64,000 nt of DNA from the NCBI GenBank assembly GCA_963754925.1, contig CAVWHX010000006.1:32001-96000 (forward strand). Direction: 5' to 3'. The notes beneath the pieces are model-generated. The model did no database searches. It was given only the letters and a program-made list of their open reading frames with translations, and was not told where the DNA came from. The DNA is from an uncultured delta proteobacterium (lineage in GTDB: Bacteria; Myxococcota; B64-G9). The translations under genes and the position numbers were made by a program. Of this stretch, positions 9,479-18,769 are shown piece after piece (the stretch's first letter is position 1; each line of letters starts with the position of its first letter).

Positions 9479-11221
9479 ATGGCCTGGTCTGCTTTCGCTG
9501 CCGACGTGAGCGGTTCGCTTGATGACGAGGTCGGCTTACTGTATTCCTCCCAACTTCAGTTTGACGCCGATGGCACCCCGCAAGTCACGGTCGGCTTGAT
9601 GGAAAAGCAGCACGAGGTGCGCTTAACCTCCGCGGACGGCTTGGAGCTCTCGGGACAGCTTGAGGAACAGGGCCAACTGGTTAAACGCAGCTACCTCACG
9701 AAGCCGGACGAGGTGCTGCGCTTTGAGGTCATCAGCGCCAAGAAGGCCTTGGTCGCCTATTGGTGCGGGGTTGAGAACATTCCGTTCGGCCAAAAAGATA
9801 CGCTAGAACAAGCGCTTGCCACCTGGCGCGCTCGCTCGAAAACGGTGCAGGTGTTCGAGGTCGGCAGCGTCTTTGGCATTCAGGGGCACGTGATCGACAA
9901 CCGCACCTATATTCTCGGGATAGAAGCCTTCGATACCGAAGCCGCCGCGGGTGAAGCCGCCCAACGGGTGTACCGGGAGTTTGGTGCAAAGACGTTTGTT
10001 CACCCGCAGCTTCTGCGCCGACCCGCCGGCAGCATTCGCACAACGCTGCGGCGCGGCGCGCAGCCAAGCCGCACGCAGCCAAGCCGCACGCAGCCTCTGA
10101 CCTTTGCCGACCTGGTTAAGATCACATCACGGGGAAAGCGACCCGTGAAGATTTTCCGGGTCGAGCACGGAATCGGGTATAGCTGGCACGGGTTCGAAGA
10201 TCGGCTGTACACCGGGACGATCTTGGTTACGTTGGATCTGGAAGGCACGCTGGTTGCAGTCAATCGCATCGCGGTCGATCGGTTGTTGATGGGACTGGTA
10301 CCGGCCGAGATATACCCGAGCGCGCCGCTCGAAGCGCTCAAGGCTCAAGCCGTGGTGGCGCGCGGGGAGCTGCTCGCCAAGATCGGCAGCCGCCATATTC
10401 TCGAACCCTACCGGTTGTGCGCCCATACGCACTGCCAGGTGTATGCGGGGGTTAAGGCCGAGAACCAACGCACCTCCTGGGCGGTGCGCGCCACCCGAGG
10501 CGAGTTTTTGTTTCGCGGTGCAGATTTGGTGGACTCGGTCTACAGCGCTATGTGCGGCGGACACACTGAGGACAATGACGCGGTTTGGGACCACCCTGCG
10601 AACCCGGCGCTGCGCGGTAGGTTCGACATGGCGCCGGAGGATGCGGCTCGTTGGAAGCTTGATAACGACCATCTGCATGAGTGGTTGGCGGCGTCGCCGC
10701 CCGCCTATTGCCAAACGTCCAGTTTCGGCCGTAAGAACCTCTTTCGTTGGGTTCGCCGGTTCAGCGCCGAGCAGATGAATACCATGGTGGCAAAGGTCAA
10801 GCCGGTAGGCCAGGTGAAGTCCATTCAGGTTGTGTCGCGCGGCGTCTCGGGACGGGTTGAGGTGGTGCGCATCGAGGGGGCACTCGGCGAACTCATCGTG
10901 CAGCGCGAGTGGCCGGTCAGGCAGTTGTTTGGCAACCTGAACAGCGGCATGTTCGAGGTGACGGTTGAGACCGACGCACAACAAACGCCGGTGTCGTTTG
11001 TCTTTCATGGAGGGGGCGTTGGGCATGGGGTTGGAATGTGCCAAATCGGTGCAATCGGGATGGCTGAAAAAGGGTTTAAGTACCGTGAAATCCTGGCCCA
11101 TTACTACAGCGGTTCGCAGGTGTTTCGGTTGTACGGCGGCGCCCTTGATGCCCCAGCCGAAGAACCGGGTGCGGGTACCGGCAGTGTAAGCGGAACACCA
11201 ACTACCGGTGATGAGAAGTAA
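9479..11221 (+). CDS. SpoIID/LytB domain-containing protein (peptidoglycan lytic enzyme family); true start may lie upstream
   Basis: VPAEIYPSAPLEALKAQAVVAR, HCQVY, CGGHTED, GHGVGMCQ, ILAHYY; frame stays open upstream with a hydrophobic stretch. Confidence 0.9.
   Translation: MAWSAFAADVSGSLDDEVGLLYSSQLQFDADGTPQVTVGLMEKQHEVRLTSADGLELSGQLEEQGQLVKRSYLTKPDEVLRFEVISAKKALVAYWCGVENIPFGQKDTLEQALATWRARSKTVQVFEVGSVFGIQGHVIDNRTYILGIEAFDTEAAAGEAAQRVYREFGAKTFVHPQLLRRPAGSIRTTLRRGAQPSRTQPSRTQPLTFADLVKITSRGKRPVKIFRVEHGIGYSWHGFEDRLYTGTILVTLDLEGTLVAVNRIAVDRLLMGLVPAEIYPSAPLEALKAQAVVARGELLAKIGSRHILEPYRLCAHTHCQVYAGVKAENQRTSWAVRATRGEFLFRGADLVDSVYSAMCGGHTEDNDAVWDHPANPALRGRFDMAPEDAARWKLDNDHLHEWLAASPPAYCQTSSFGRKNLFRWVRRFSAEQMNTMVAKVKPVGQVKSIQVVSRGVSGRVEVVRIEGALGELIVQREWPVRQLFGNLNSGMFEVTVETDAQQTPVSFVFHGGGVGHGVGMCQIGAIGMAEKGFKYREILAHYYSGSQVFRLYGGALDAPAEEPGAGTGSVSGTPTTGDEK
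10060..10095 (+). repeat. 15-bp in-frame tandem repeat (QPSRT x2) in the SpoIID-domain gene
   Basis: GCAGCCAAGCCGCAC twice plus a partial copy. Confidence 0.8.
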
Positions 11222-11250
11222 TAAAATGACCCATATAGCGTCTGGAATCG

Positions 11251-11556
11251 CTATTTCTCATCCGGAATGAAATAGACCACCGTCACCGTACCCGTGGTCG
11301 TGATAGGCTCTGAGATGGAAACAATCTTGGCGCCCGCGGGAAGATTGATGGGCGCATGGGCCGGGCACTCGATTTCATGCGTGCTACCACGCCATTGGGT
11401 GCGATCGCGGTTAAGGAAATAGCGACCAGCACATCCGTCGTATTCACCGGCTACATCCTTTTGGAAGATTCCGCAAAATCCAATCGGGTAGTCAGGTAGC
11501 GAGTCAACCGAGCGGGGTTTGACCCAATGCAGACAGTCACGGCATTTCATGTTCAC
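11251..11556 (-). CDS. Small hypothetical protein with CxxC...C...C motif
   Basis: CRDC, FCG, GC; directly downstream of 11579..12514 on the same strand. Confidence 0.55.
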   Translation of the reverse strand: MNMKCRDCLHWVKPRSVDSLPDYPIGFCGIFQKDVAGEYDGCAGRYFLNRDRTQWRGSTHEIECPAHAPINLPAGAKIVSISEPITTTGTVTVVYFIPDEK

Positions 11557-11578
11557 CCGAAAACATACGCCCGCATCA

Positions 11579-12514
11579 CTACTTGATCTTTATGGGGAAA
11601 GGGTTATCGGTGCACGAGTCGGCTTTCTGTGACATGGCGAGATCCTGTGCAAGCTCTCCGCGGCTCAGCGAAAAATGGTTACGCTCCATCGCTTCGCGGG
11701 CACGCATTCGGTATTCCTCGGATTCGAGGAATTCCAAAACAGGCCCGGTGCGCGCCAGAACCTGCTCGTGCGGGATCCAGCGGAACGTTTTGCCCGACTC
11801 CACGTGCGTCAAAAGCCCGGCTTCCATCCCCCAGGCCAAATCGCCGAGGTTGCGATCGACCGTATCGCGCAAAATGGCCGTCAGGATACCTTGCATCTCG
11901 GGATCGATGAAGCGAAAACGCCGGAAGTATAACGCTGCGTTGTGCAATCGCTCGGGAAGCTCAAGCACCCCGTCGAGATTGAGTCGGACGCACATCAACA
12001 TCATCAGTACCATCATCTCGCGCCCAATGCCGAGACTTGGAAAACTCTGGCCCGGCAGCAACAGTTTGTCTGGCGGTGGTTGTAGCAGCGTATTCTGCAT
12101 GCGCAGCCATTTAACGTGCAGGAAAGAACGCTCGCCTGTATTAACCAGCTTTTGCACCTGGGGAGCAAGCGGCGCTACATGGGCGACCATCTCAATGAGG
12201 GAATGCGGCGATTTTGAGGAGTTAACCCGCAAGATGTCGTACTGGCCCTCGATGCGGCCAAGGGTTACGCTCAACTCGCCAACGTTTTTCTTTTGCAGCT
12301 CGCTGGCAAGCCCGTATTGCTCGAAAACCAGTTCCATCCCCTCGCGACTATAAAAGCCCAGGAATGTCGTTCTATCCTTTTCGGCGGAACTTGGCTCAGC
12401 GGTATGAACTGGCCAGAAGTCATGGGCGACGTGCGCAGCGCGCAGCTCGGCCGGTTTCAGGTGTTCAAAGATACGCGCGTAGTGGCGCTCGATGTTTTCA
12501 AGTTTTGTGTCCAT
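11579..12514 (-). CDS. Conserved hypothetical protein resembling the C-terminal domain of myxobacterial deacetylase-family proteins
   Basis: WLRMQN...LLPGQSFPSLGIG...LDGV...P..LHNA pattern recalled from that family; 311-aa ORF. Confidence 0.5.
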   Translation of the reverse strand: MDTKLENIERHYARIFEHLKPAELRAAHVAHDFWPVHTAEPSSAEKDRTTFLGFYSREGMELVFEQYGLASELQKKNVGELSVTLGRIEGQYDILRVNSSKSPHSLIEMVAHVAPLAPQVQKLVNTGERSFLHVKWLRMQNTLLQPPPDKLLLPGQSFPSLGIGREMMVLMMLMCVRLNLDGVLELPERLHNAALYFRRFRFIDPEMQGILTAILRDTVDRNLGDLAWGMEAGLLTHVESGKTFRWIPHEQVLARTGPVLEFLESEEYRMRAREAMERNHFSLSRGELAQDLAMSQKADSCTDNPFPIKIK

Positions 12515-12745
12515 GATGCGACGCCCTGATATCTATAATATATTAAAATTTACCATATAACTCAAATTGTTTCTCTGATTCGTGCGATTACTAACCAGCC
12601 TGAGTTGTTGTGTTTATCTGATGCCTGTGATATGTTAACAATTTAAAGTTATCAAGAACTGTTTGAAAACTTGATTCACGGGGAATTACATTGTATAAGT
12701 TCGCCTATGGAAAATTTTAGATCTTCCTATTCAAGCGAATCGCTC

Positions 12746-13060
12746 ATGAAATTGAAGCTTATTCGTTGGCCAAACAATCAGCCTTTTCCTTCCCGGGAAG
12801 ATCTTGAGAAAGCTATGATTCAAGAGGGATTGGACCCTTTTAGAATGGTAGATCCTCCGTGCACCTATTACCACGGTCGGGTGTTGTCACGTCCGGAGGT
12901 GTGCTGGGTGTTGGAGGGCCGGTTGTTGGTCGGCATGGAAGATCAAGAGATTCTCTTAGACATTGGCGATAGGATAGAACTGCCCCGCGGCGTGAAGCAT
13001 TGGATTCGCGTCATATCAGAAAATGGGGCCGCCTACCTGGTGGCGTCGCTGCCGAATTGA
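12746..13060 (+). CDS. Cupin domain protein
   Basis: EVCWVLEGRL...GDRIELPRGVKH cupin motifs; first motif lacks the usual HxH. Confidence 0.7.
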   Translation: MKLKLIRWPNNQPFPSREDLEKAMIQEGLDPFRMVDPPCTYYHGRVLSRPEVCWVLEGRLLVGMEDQEILLDIGDRIELPRGVKHWIRVISENGAAYLVASLPN

Positions 13061-13089
13061 ACCAATAATTCTTGTTAAACGCGAGAGCA

Positions 13090-14142
13090 TCAATCCGGAA
13101 GGTTTCGCGGGCCGGCCGACGCGGCATCAGTAACTTCGGCAAGTTCTCGCAATACCGTCGTGGCATATCCTCCGGGAGGAAGAGAAAACCGCAGCAGCGC
13201 GGCATCGGGTTCGGGCTCGATCTTAAGATCCGAAAGCACCAACCGCAGCGGGCGCCGGGTGCCTGAGGTCAGTTTCGAGAATCTTCGAAAGGCTTCCCGG
13301 TCTATTTCATGTGCGGCCAGTACCTGTTCCTCCAGCTCCTGAGCCGTGCCGGTGGGGGCTTTCATTTTTGGTCCAAATATCGGGCCGGTTATGTGGAGCT
13401 GGAATGCGTCGAATCGCTGCTGATCCGTGATGGGATCGCTACAGATAAACATGCCGCCGGTATCGGTTTTGGCCAAAACATCGCCGGGGAGAACCTGTTC
13501 AAAAAGATTGGATCTGATGCGCTTGCCTAGAACATCATTGAACAGGGCTGATTGCGCCGCGCTCAGCATAAGACGGAACGATCGCGGCGGCAGGCGCGAC
13601 TTTTCGCCGCGCAGGAGCGCCAAACCCGTGCTCTCGTTGCGGCGGTCAACGCCGAAGCGCTGGGAGCCAAAGTAATTCGGCGCGCCGCGCCGAGCAAGGC
13701 GGTCGACCCTCGTCTGGAGTTGGTCGAGATCGTCCTGCGAAAGGTCACGGATTCGAATGCTGAAGCGATTGCCCCGAAGGTGGCCGGTCTTGAGCTTATT
13801 GGTATGCAGGCCTTTTTGAAGTATGCAAACGTGCTCGAGATTAAATGACCCGATTAATGCGTCTGCAGCGGCCGGCATAGATAGCCATTGGCGGGTAACC
13901 GCATGGCGATCTTTAAGGCCCGCGCAGCCAATTTCACTCGGACTCAGGTTGAGATGTTTCGCCAACGCGTTAATCACTTCGTCGGTCGTGTGGGAACGCT
14001 TCTCGATCTCGATCATCACATGGCTGCCGTTCCCGCAGGGCGTGTAGGCCGGGATTTCTTCGACGACGAAATCCTCGGGTACGGCGCGAATGATTCCCTT
14101 GATAGGAGAAGGTTCGAGAAGTGTCGGCCAGCGGGTATCCAT
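13090..14142 (-). CDS. truD: tRNA pseudouridine(13) synthase
   Basis: PEDFVVEEI, AGLKDRHAVTRQW, GNRF, PNYFGSQRFG, GGYAT. Confidence 0.95.
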   Translation of the reverse strand: MDTRWPTLLEPSPIKGIIRAVPEDFVVEEIPAYTPCGNGSHVMIEIEKRSHTTDEVINALAKHLNLSPSEIGCAGLKDRHAVTRQWLSMPAAADALIGSFNLEHVCILQKGLHTNKLKTGHLRGNRFSIRIRDLSQDDLDQLQTRVDRLARRGAPNYFGSQRFGVDRRNESTGLALLRGEKSRLPPRSFRLMLSAAQSALFNDVLGKRIRSNLFEQVLPGDVLAKTDTGGMFICSDPITDQQRFDAFQLHITGPIFGPKMKAPTGTAQELEEQVLAAHEIDREAFRRFSKLTSGTRRPLRLVLSDLKIEPEPDAALLRFSLPPGGYATTVLRELAEVTDAASAGPRNLPD

Positions 14143-14282
14143 GATCGTCTCCAACTCATCACCGCTATGGCAGATTAGCACAAAGCGATTTCGCTGCAAG
14201 CAGGTCCCCGACCTCGAATGCGACAAGCGATTTCAGTCTTGACTGGCGCGCCTGAGTCTGGTAGGAGCGCACGGGATTTTCT

Positions 14283-14339
14283 TTAGAGCCCGTTAGCGAG
14301 CGAAAGCGAGCTTACGGGCTCTTACCCCCGATAGGGGGT
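14283..14339 (+). repeat. Double-hairpin structured motif, copy A
   Basis: AGAGCCCGT/ACGGGCTCT stem with GA-GA internal loop and GAAA loop, then CCCCC-GATA-GGGGG; covaries with the copy at 29470. Confidence 0.7.
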
Positions 14340-14376
14340 CAGAGATCGCTACAATTTGGAACAGGAGTTGAACCTC

Positions 14377-15438
14377 ATGCGAACATGCATCATCGGATTG
14401 CCATTGAGCGGCAAGACCATGCTGGTTAAGGCGCTCGCGGGCGGCATAGAACAACCGGGTTACGATGCCGTTTTGGAGCGGTCGGTGGCGGTGCCTGACG
14501 AACGAGTAGCCGCGCTTTCAAAATTGTATCACCCCAAAAAAACGACCTACGCAGCGATCGAGGTTGTCGATGTCGCCGGGAATTCCGCCATGGGCCGCGA
14601 CTCGCAGGAGCTGGGTGCGAAGTTTCTGAACGCGGTCCGGCCGGCATCGGTTTTACTTCACGTTGTTGACGCGTTTTCCTGCGCGGCCGAAGGCATCAAT
14701 GCGAGCGTTACGGACGCGGTTGACGCGATCGATACCGAGCTTGTTTTCTCGGATCTCCAGGTATGCGAGCGCAGGCTCGAACGGATGAACAAAGAAGGCG
14801 CCAAAGTAGGCGCCGCGGCCGAAGAGATGCGGCTTGTTGCCGAGGCGGCTGCGAAGCTGGCCCAGGGCAAGCCGTTACGCATCCTCCCTCTGCTTGCCAA
14901 CGAGCGTCCCTTACGGGTCTTTACGTTTCTCTCGGCCAAGCCGATCATCACGATAGTCAACACGTCGGAAGACAGGCCGACGTGGAATGCGGAGAGCCTG
15001 CCCGAAAAAATCCGCGCCCAGCGGCAGGGCGCTTGGGGGAGCTGGATAGCGCTCTGCGTCAAGCTCGAGGCCGAGATAGCCGGGCTTCCACCGGAAGAGG
15101 CGCATGCGTTCCTTGCCGGCTACGGGATTGCAGCTCCCGCCCGCGAACGCGTCATTCAATTGACCTATGAGTTGTTGGGGCTGACGTCGTTCTTTACGGT
15201 TGGCGAGGACGAGGTGCGCGCCTGGACGTTGCGCTCCGGCCAGACCGCCGAGGAAGCTGCGGGAGTCATTCATAGCGACATCCAGCGCGGTTTTATCCGG
15301 GCCGAAGTGGTCGACTATGCCGACGCCATTGCCTGCGGTGGCTTTGAGGAAGCTAAAGGCGCGGGCAAGATGCATCTGGAGGGAAAACCGTACCTCATAA
15401 AGGATGGAGACATAGTGAGCTTCCGGTTCAATGTCTGA
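14377..15438 (+). CDS. ychF: Obg-family ATPase YchF
   Basis: GLPLSGKT, VPDER, FFTVGEDEVRAW, AGVIHSDIQRGFIRAEV, EGKPYLIKDGD..FRFNV. Confidence 0.93.
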   Translation: MRTCIIGLPLSGKTMLVKALAGGIEQPGYDAVLERSVAVPDERVAALSKLYHPKKTTYAAIEVVDVAGNSAMGRDSQELGAKFLNAVRPASVLLHVVDAFSCAAEGINASVTDAVDAIDTELVFSDLQVCERRLERMNKEGAKVGAAAEEMRLVAEAAAKLAQGKPLRILPLLANERPLRVFTFLSAKPIITIVNTSEDRPTWNAESLPEKIRAQRQGAWGSWIALCVKLEAEIAGLPPEEAHAFLAGYGIAAPARERVIQLTYELLGLTSFFTVGEDEVRAWTLRSGQTAEEAAGVIHSDIQRGFIRAEVVDYADAIACGGFEEAKGAGKMHLEGKPYLIKDGDIVSFRFNV

Positions 15439-15507
15439 AAAAGTAGATGGCTCTCGGAGGGAAGCGATCTGCATGCTGCTCGAAAAGCAAGGGGGCGATC
15501 ACCATCA

Positions 15508-16413
15508 TTAACGGGTAAAGATGTCCCTCCGGGCCAGCTCGCAGATCGCCGTGACCGCGGGATGCTTCAGCTTCCGTTCGATGGAAATAGCGTAGAAGCG
15601 TTGGCAAAGTTCCGGGACGCGGCCCACCACCTGCACCTGATAGCGTTGCCGGATATCTTTCTCGATCACCTCGGGCGCGGCGAAGACGCCGAACCCCACC
15701 TCACCGAGGACCTTCGCCAGGGTGGTATCGTCGAGTTCGGCTATGATCTGAGGCCGGATATCCCGCGCCTCGAACCACTCGTCCAGCATTCGACGCAGCG
15801 CCGAGTTGCTGCCCGGAAGCAGGAAGGGGGCGCCGTCAAGCGAACGGGGGAACCGAAGCCTGCATGACCTGGCGAGGCGGGTCGAGGCGAAGAAGGTGGT
15901 GCCGCACTCGCCGAGCAAGTGACTGAACGCCCGGACCGAAGTGCCGGGTCCGGCGGGCGTATCCGAGAGCACGACGTCCACCGCGTGCACGGCCAGCTCG
16001 CCTAGGAACGCCTGGGTGGAGCGATCCTCGCGAACGCTGACCCGCACCGGCCCTTCGAGGCGAAAAGCCGGCTCCAGGATTCGGTGAACGATAAACTGCG
16101 GCAGGGTGGCCGAGACCCCCACGGAAAGGCGGATCGGCCGGCCGCTCGATCGACCCTTGATGGTGTTCAGGAACTCCTGGCCCAGCGAAAAGATCTCATC
16201 CGCATAACGAAAAGCCACCCGGCCCACCTCGGTCAGCACAAGGTTTCGTCCCTTGCGCGCAAACAACTTCTCGCCTAGGATCTCCTCGAGGCGATGGATT
16301 TGGCCGCTGATCGTGGGGTGCGCGAGCCGAAGCTCCTTGCCGGCCCGCACGATGCTTCCCTCCTTTGCGACGGTCCAGAAGTACAGCAGGTGATGATAAT
16401 TGAGCCATTCCAC
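15508..16413 (-). CDS. nhaR: LysR-family transcriptional activator, NhaR-like
   Basis: EWLNYHHLLYFWTVAKEGSI, YADEIFSLG, FYAISIERKLKHP. Confidence 0.88.
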   Translation of the reverse strand: MEWLNYHHLLYFWTVAKEGSIVRAGKELRLAHPTISGQIHRLEEILGEKLFARKGRNLVLTEVGRVAFRYADEIFSLGQEFLNTIKGRSSGRPIRLSVGVSATLPQFIVHRILEPAFRLEGPVRVSVREDRSTQAFLGELAVHAVDVVLSDTPAGPGTSVRAFSHLLGECGTTFFASTRLARSCRLRFPRSLDGAPFLLPGSNSALRRMLDEWFEARDIRPQIIAELDDTTLAKVLGEVGFGVFAAPEVIEKDIRQRYQVQVVGRVPELCQRFYAISIERKLKHPAVTAICELARRDIFTR

Positions 16414-16531
16414 GACCGATAGTATATGTCGGTTTTCCAGACAAGTCACGTTGAAACTTCCTTATTGTCGAATGATCGAGGAAGGTGTAGTTTAAAGGAA
16501 AATGGAGAGAAGGTGAAAGGAGGATACAGAC

Positions 16532-16690
16532 ATGCTGTGGGCAATTGCCACGATTTTTATGTTGCTGTGGGTGTTGGGAATGATGACATACGGCACCATG
16601 GGAGGCTTTATCCACCTGCCTATCGCCGTAGCGCTGGGGCTGGTCATCGTTCAGGCCTTCAGAGGCCGGAAGATCATTACGGTGAAATGA
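16532..16690 (+). CDS. lmo0937-family small membrane protein (52 aa; not in ORF track)
   Basis: MLWAIATIFMLLWVLGMMTYGTMGGFIHLPIAVALGLVIVQAFRGRKIITVK; AGGAGG RBS; LW.LG....GG.IH motif. Confidence 0.85.
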   Translation: MLWAIATIFMLLWVLGMMTYGTMGGFIHLPIAVALGLVIVQAFRGRKIITVK

Positions 16691-16784
16691 CCATCGACCG
16701 GCGGCGAGAGCGAGCCTGTCGGAAAACCGATTCGACCAACGAAGAGAGCTCGTATCAGTTGAGCTTGAGGGAAAGGGGAACCCA

Positions 16785-17246
16785 ATGAAAACCACGGTAG
16801 GTTTGTGGATTGATCATCGGAAAGCTCTGATGGTGTTTCTGACCGGCAAAAAAGTTGAAAAAAAATTATTAGAATCGAACGTTGAAAAACAACTCGGACG
16901 GGTGGATGGCCTTCGCTCTAAGAGTTCCTATGAATCCCAGATGGTTCCTGCAGACGATCTGCAAGAGAGGCATCTTACGGGAAAGCTCAAGGTATTCTAC
17001 GATAAGGTCATCTCATTAATACGTGATGTAGAATCCATCTTGGTATTTGGTCCCGGGGAGGCAAAGGGTGAGTTCGTGAAGCGCATCCAGCAGAACAGGG
17101 TCAGAGGGAACATCCTGGCTGTTGAAACCGTAGACCGGATGACCGACCGCCAGATTGTGGCGAAAGCTCGACAGTACTACCTTTCACCGGAAACTGGCAC
17201 GAGAGACGAAGAGACCCCACGCAGGCGCCATTCGTACCACGTCTGA
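16785..17246 (+). CDS. Host-attachment/baeRF (eRF1 domain 2-like) family protein
   Basis: GLWIDHRKA, ILVFGPGEAKGEF, ETVDRMTDRQIVAK. Confidence 0.7.
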   Translation: MKTTVGLWIDHRKALMVFLTGKKVEKKLLESNVEKQLGRVDGLRSKSSYESQMVPADDLQERHLTGKLKVFYDKVISLIRDVESILVFGPGEAKGEFVKRIQQNRVRGNILAVETVDRMTDRQIVAKARQYYLSPETGTRDEETPRRRHSYHV

Positions 17247-17459
17247 ACCCACGCCGACTCAATCGCTTGTTACGTTGCACTGAGGCGCCGCTCAAAGGGG
17301 AGGGCTCTTTATTCGCTTTTGGCATCCCGACGCCAACTTCAGTAGTACTCAATAAAACCCTAAACTTTTGCAACGAGTGGGCACCTACGCGGGTCCTGGG
17401 ATGGACAAAATGCATAACCGGGAATACAATAAAAGAATAAAGATACAGGAGAGAGACCC

Positions 17460-17654
17460 GTGCGGAGTGCATTTGTCGACCTGCTCGTGTTCATCGTTCT
17501 GACGATTGGCTTTGCCGCCGGCGGATGCAAGGGCATCGTTGTTTCGCAAGATTGCACATCGACACAGAGCTGCGCGTCACAAGGCTTCCAGTGCGGAACG
17601 TTTACCGATAGCTGCGGCGCTATCCGGAACTGCGGCACTTCCGTTCGACCCTAA
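17460..17654 (+). CDS. Small Cys-rich putative lipoprotein (possibly a fragment)
   Basis: Signal ending AGGC; CASQGFQCGTFTDSCGAIRNCGT; AGGAGA RBS. Confidence 0.4.
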   Translation: MRSAFVDLLVFIVLTIGFAAGGCKGIVVSQDCTSTQSCASQGFQCGTFTDSCGAIRNCGTSVRP

Positions 17655-18436
17655 CGAAGCATTTCGTATATAACAAATCCCGCCAATTCAATCGCGATGA
17701 GAATGATTACAATCCATTCCAAATTCAGACTTTTTCGAGAGTTCAGAAATTCGAACAGCAAGGTAGTATTTTCGGCCAAGAAATCCAGTTTGGTGCTCAA
17801 CGATAGTTGGCGTTCGGGTAAATCGAAGAAATCATGAAGCCCCTTGTACATTTTTTCCAAAGACTCCGACTCCCAGGTCTCGGACGGCTTGTCAAAGAGC
17901 GCCAGGTTGGCAAGAACCTCATGACGGGTGTGCATCGCAAATCCAATGGCCTTGAGAATGCTTCTGGGTCGGATACGAATGCGACCGGTTTTGCGCAAGT
18001 CATCCAGATAAACGGAAAAACGTTCAAGCGCGGAGTCCGCCTCGTTTTCAAGGTAGTCGAGCGCCACCGACTGAGCCAACAACATCGCGATGATTTTCAT
18101 TTGCAACGCGGTCGGTTCAGACGCCAACCAAATCTCGTTGAAGAGAATCTTTTCGTCCCCTTTGTTGGTCTCGACCACCAACCGGTCTTCCACTTCCTCG
18201 ACCAACGCGGGATTCGAAAGCGTTTGGCGGATCCTTTCGGCGACCATTCGGGCCACGTTTTCGTCAAACGGCCAAAACACCACCGCGCCAAATCCAGAGA
18301 TAAGCACCCTGGTTTGTTCGCCGATCTTTAACGTAAGCGGATCGTTGCTTTCAAAAGTAAAATCGGAGAATTTCTCCCGCACTTTTTTTTCGTCAATGGT
18401 CGATACGAAATACCACGCCTTGAAGGGAATTCGCAT
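17651..18436 (-). CDS. RMD1/DUF155 family protein
   Basis: FGAVVFW, LAQSVALDYLE, DKP..TWE, LEWIVIILIAIE. Confidence 0.88.
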   Translation of the reverse strand: MRIPFKAWYFVSTIDEKKVREKFSDFTFESNDPLTLKIGEQTRVLISGFGAVVFWPFDENVARMVAERIRQTLSNPALVEEVEDRLVVETNKGDEKILFNEIWLASEPTALQMKIIAMLLAQSVALDYLENEADSALERFSVYLDDLRKTGRIRIRPRSILKAIGFAMHTRHEVLANLALFDKPSETWESESLEKMYKGLHDFFDLPERQLSLSTKLDFLAENTTLLFEFLNSRKSLNLEWIVIILIAIELAGFVIYEMLR

Positions 18437-18769
18437 TAACACTCCAAAAATTAACCGGGCCTGAAAAAGTCCATCGCACCGGTAATGGTTGCTGACCGGC
18501 AATTCAAATTGTCGCTGATCACAGGGAGAGAAATCAAATTATTCTTCTATACCGCCAATATGAGTCGGCGGTGTACGTGTTGAACTGACGCACGAGAACC
18601 CCTCCCAAGTTAACCATTTATTCACCTGATCGTCATTACGACGTCACCTACGCCCCTTAAATAAAGAGGCCTAACCGGGAGGTGTCATGCTTCTAAAAGG
18701 ACTAGCCCTCCGCGAAAGTAAAAGAACCGAGACCATAACCAGAGAAAATCTTAACAGGAGGGACGCGCG

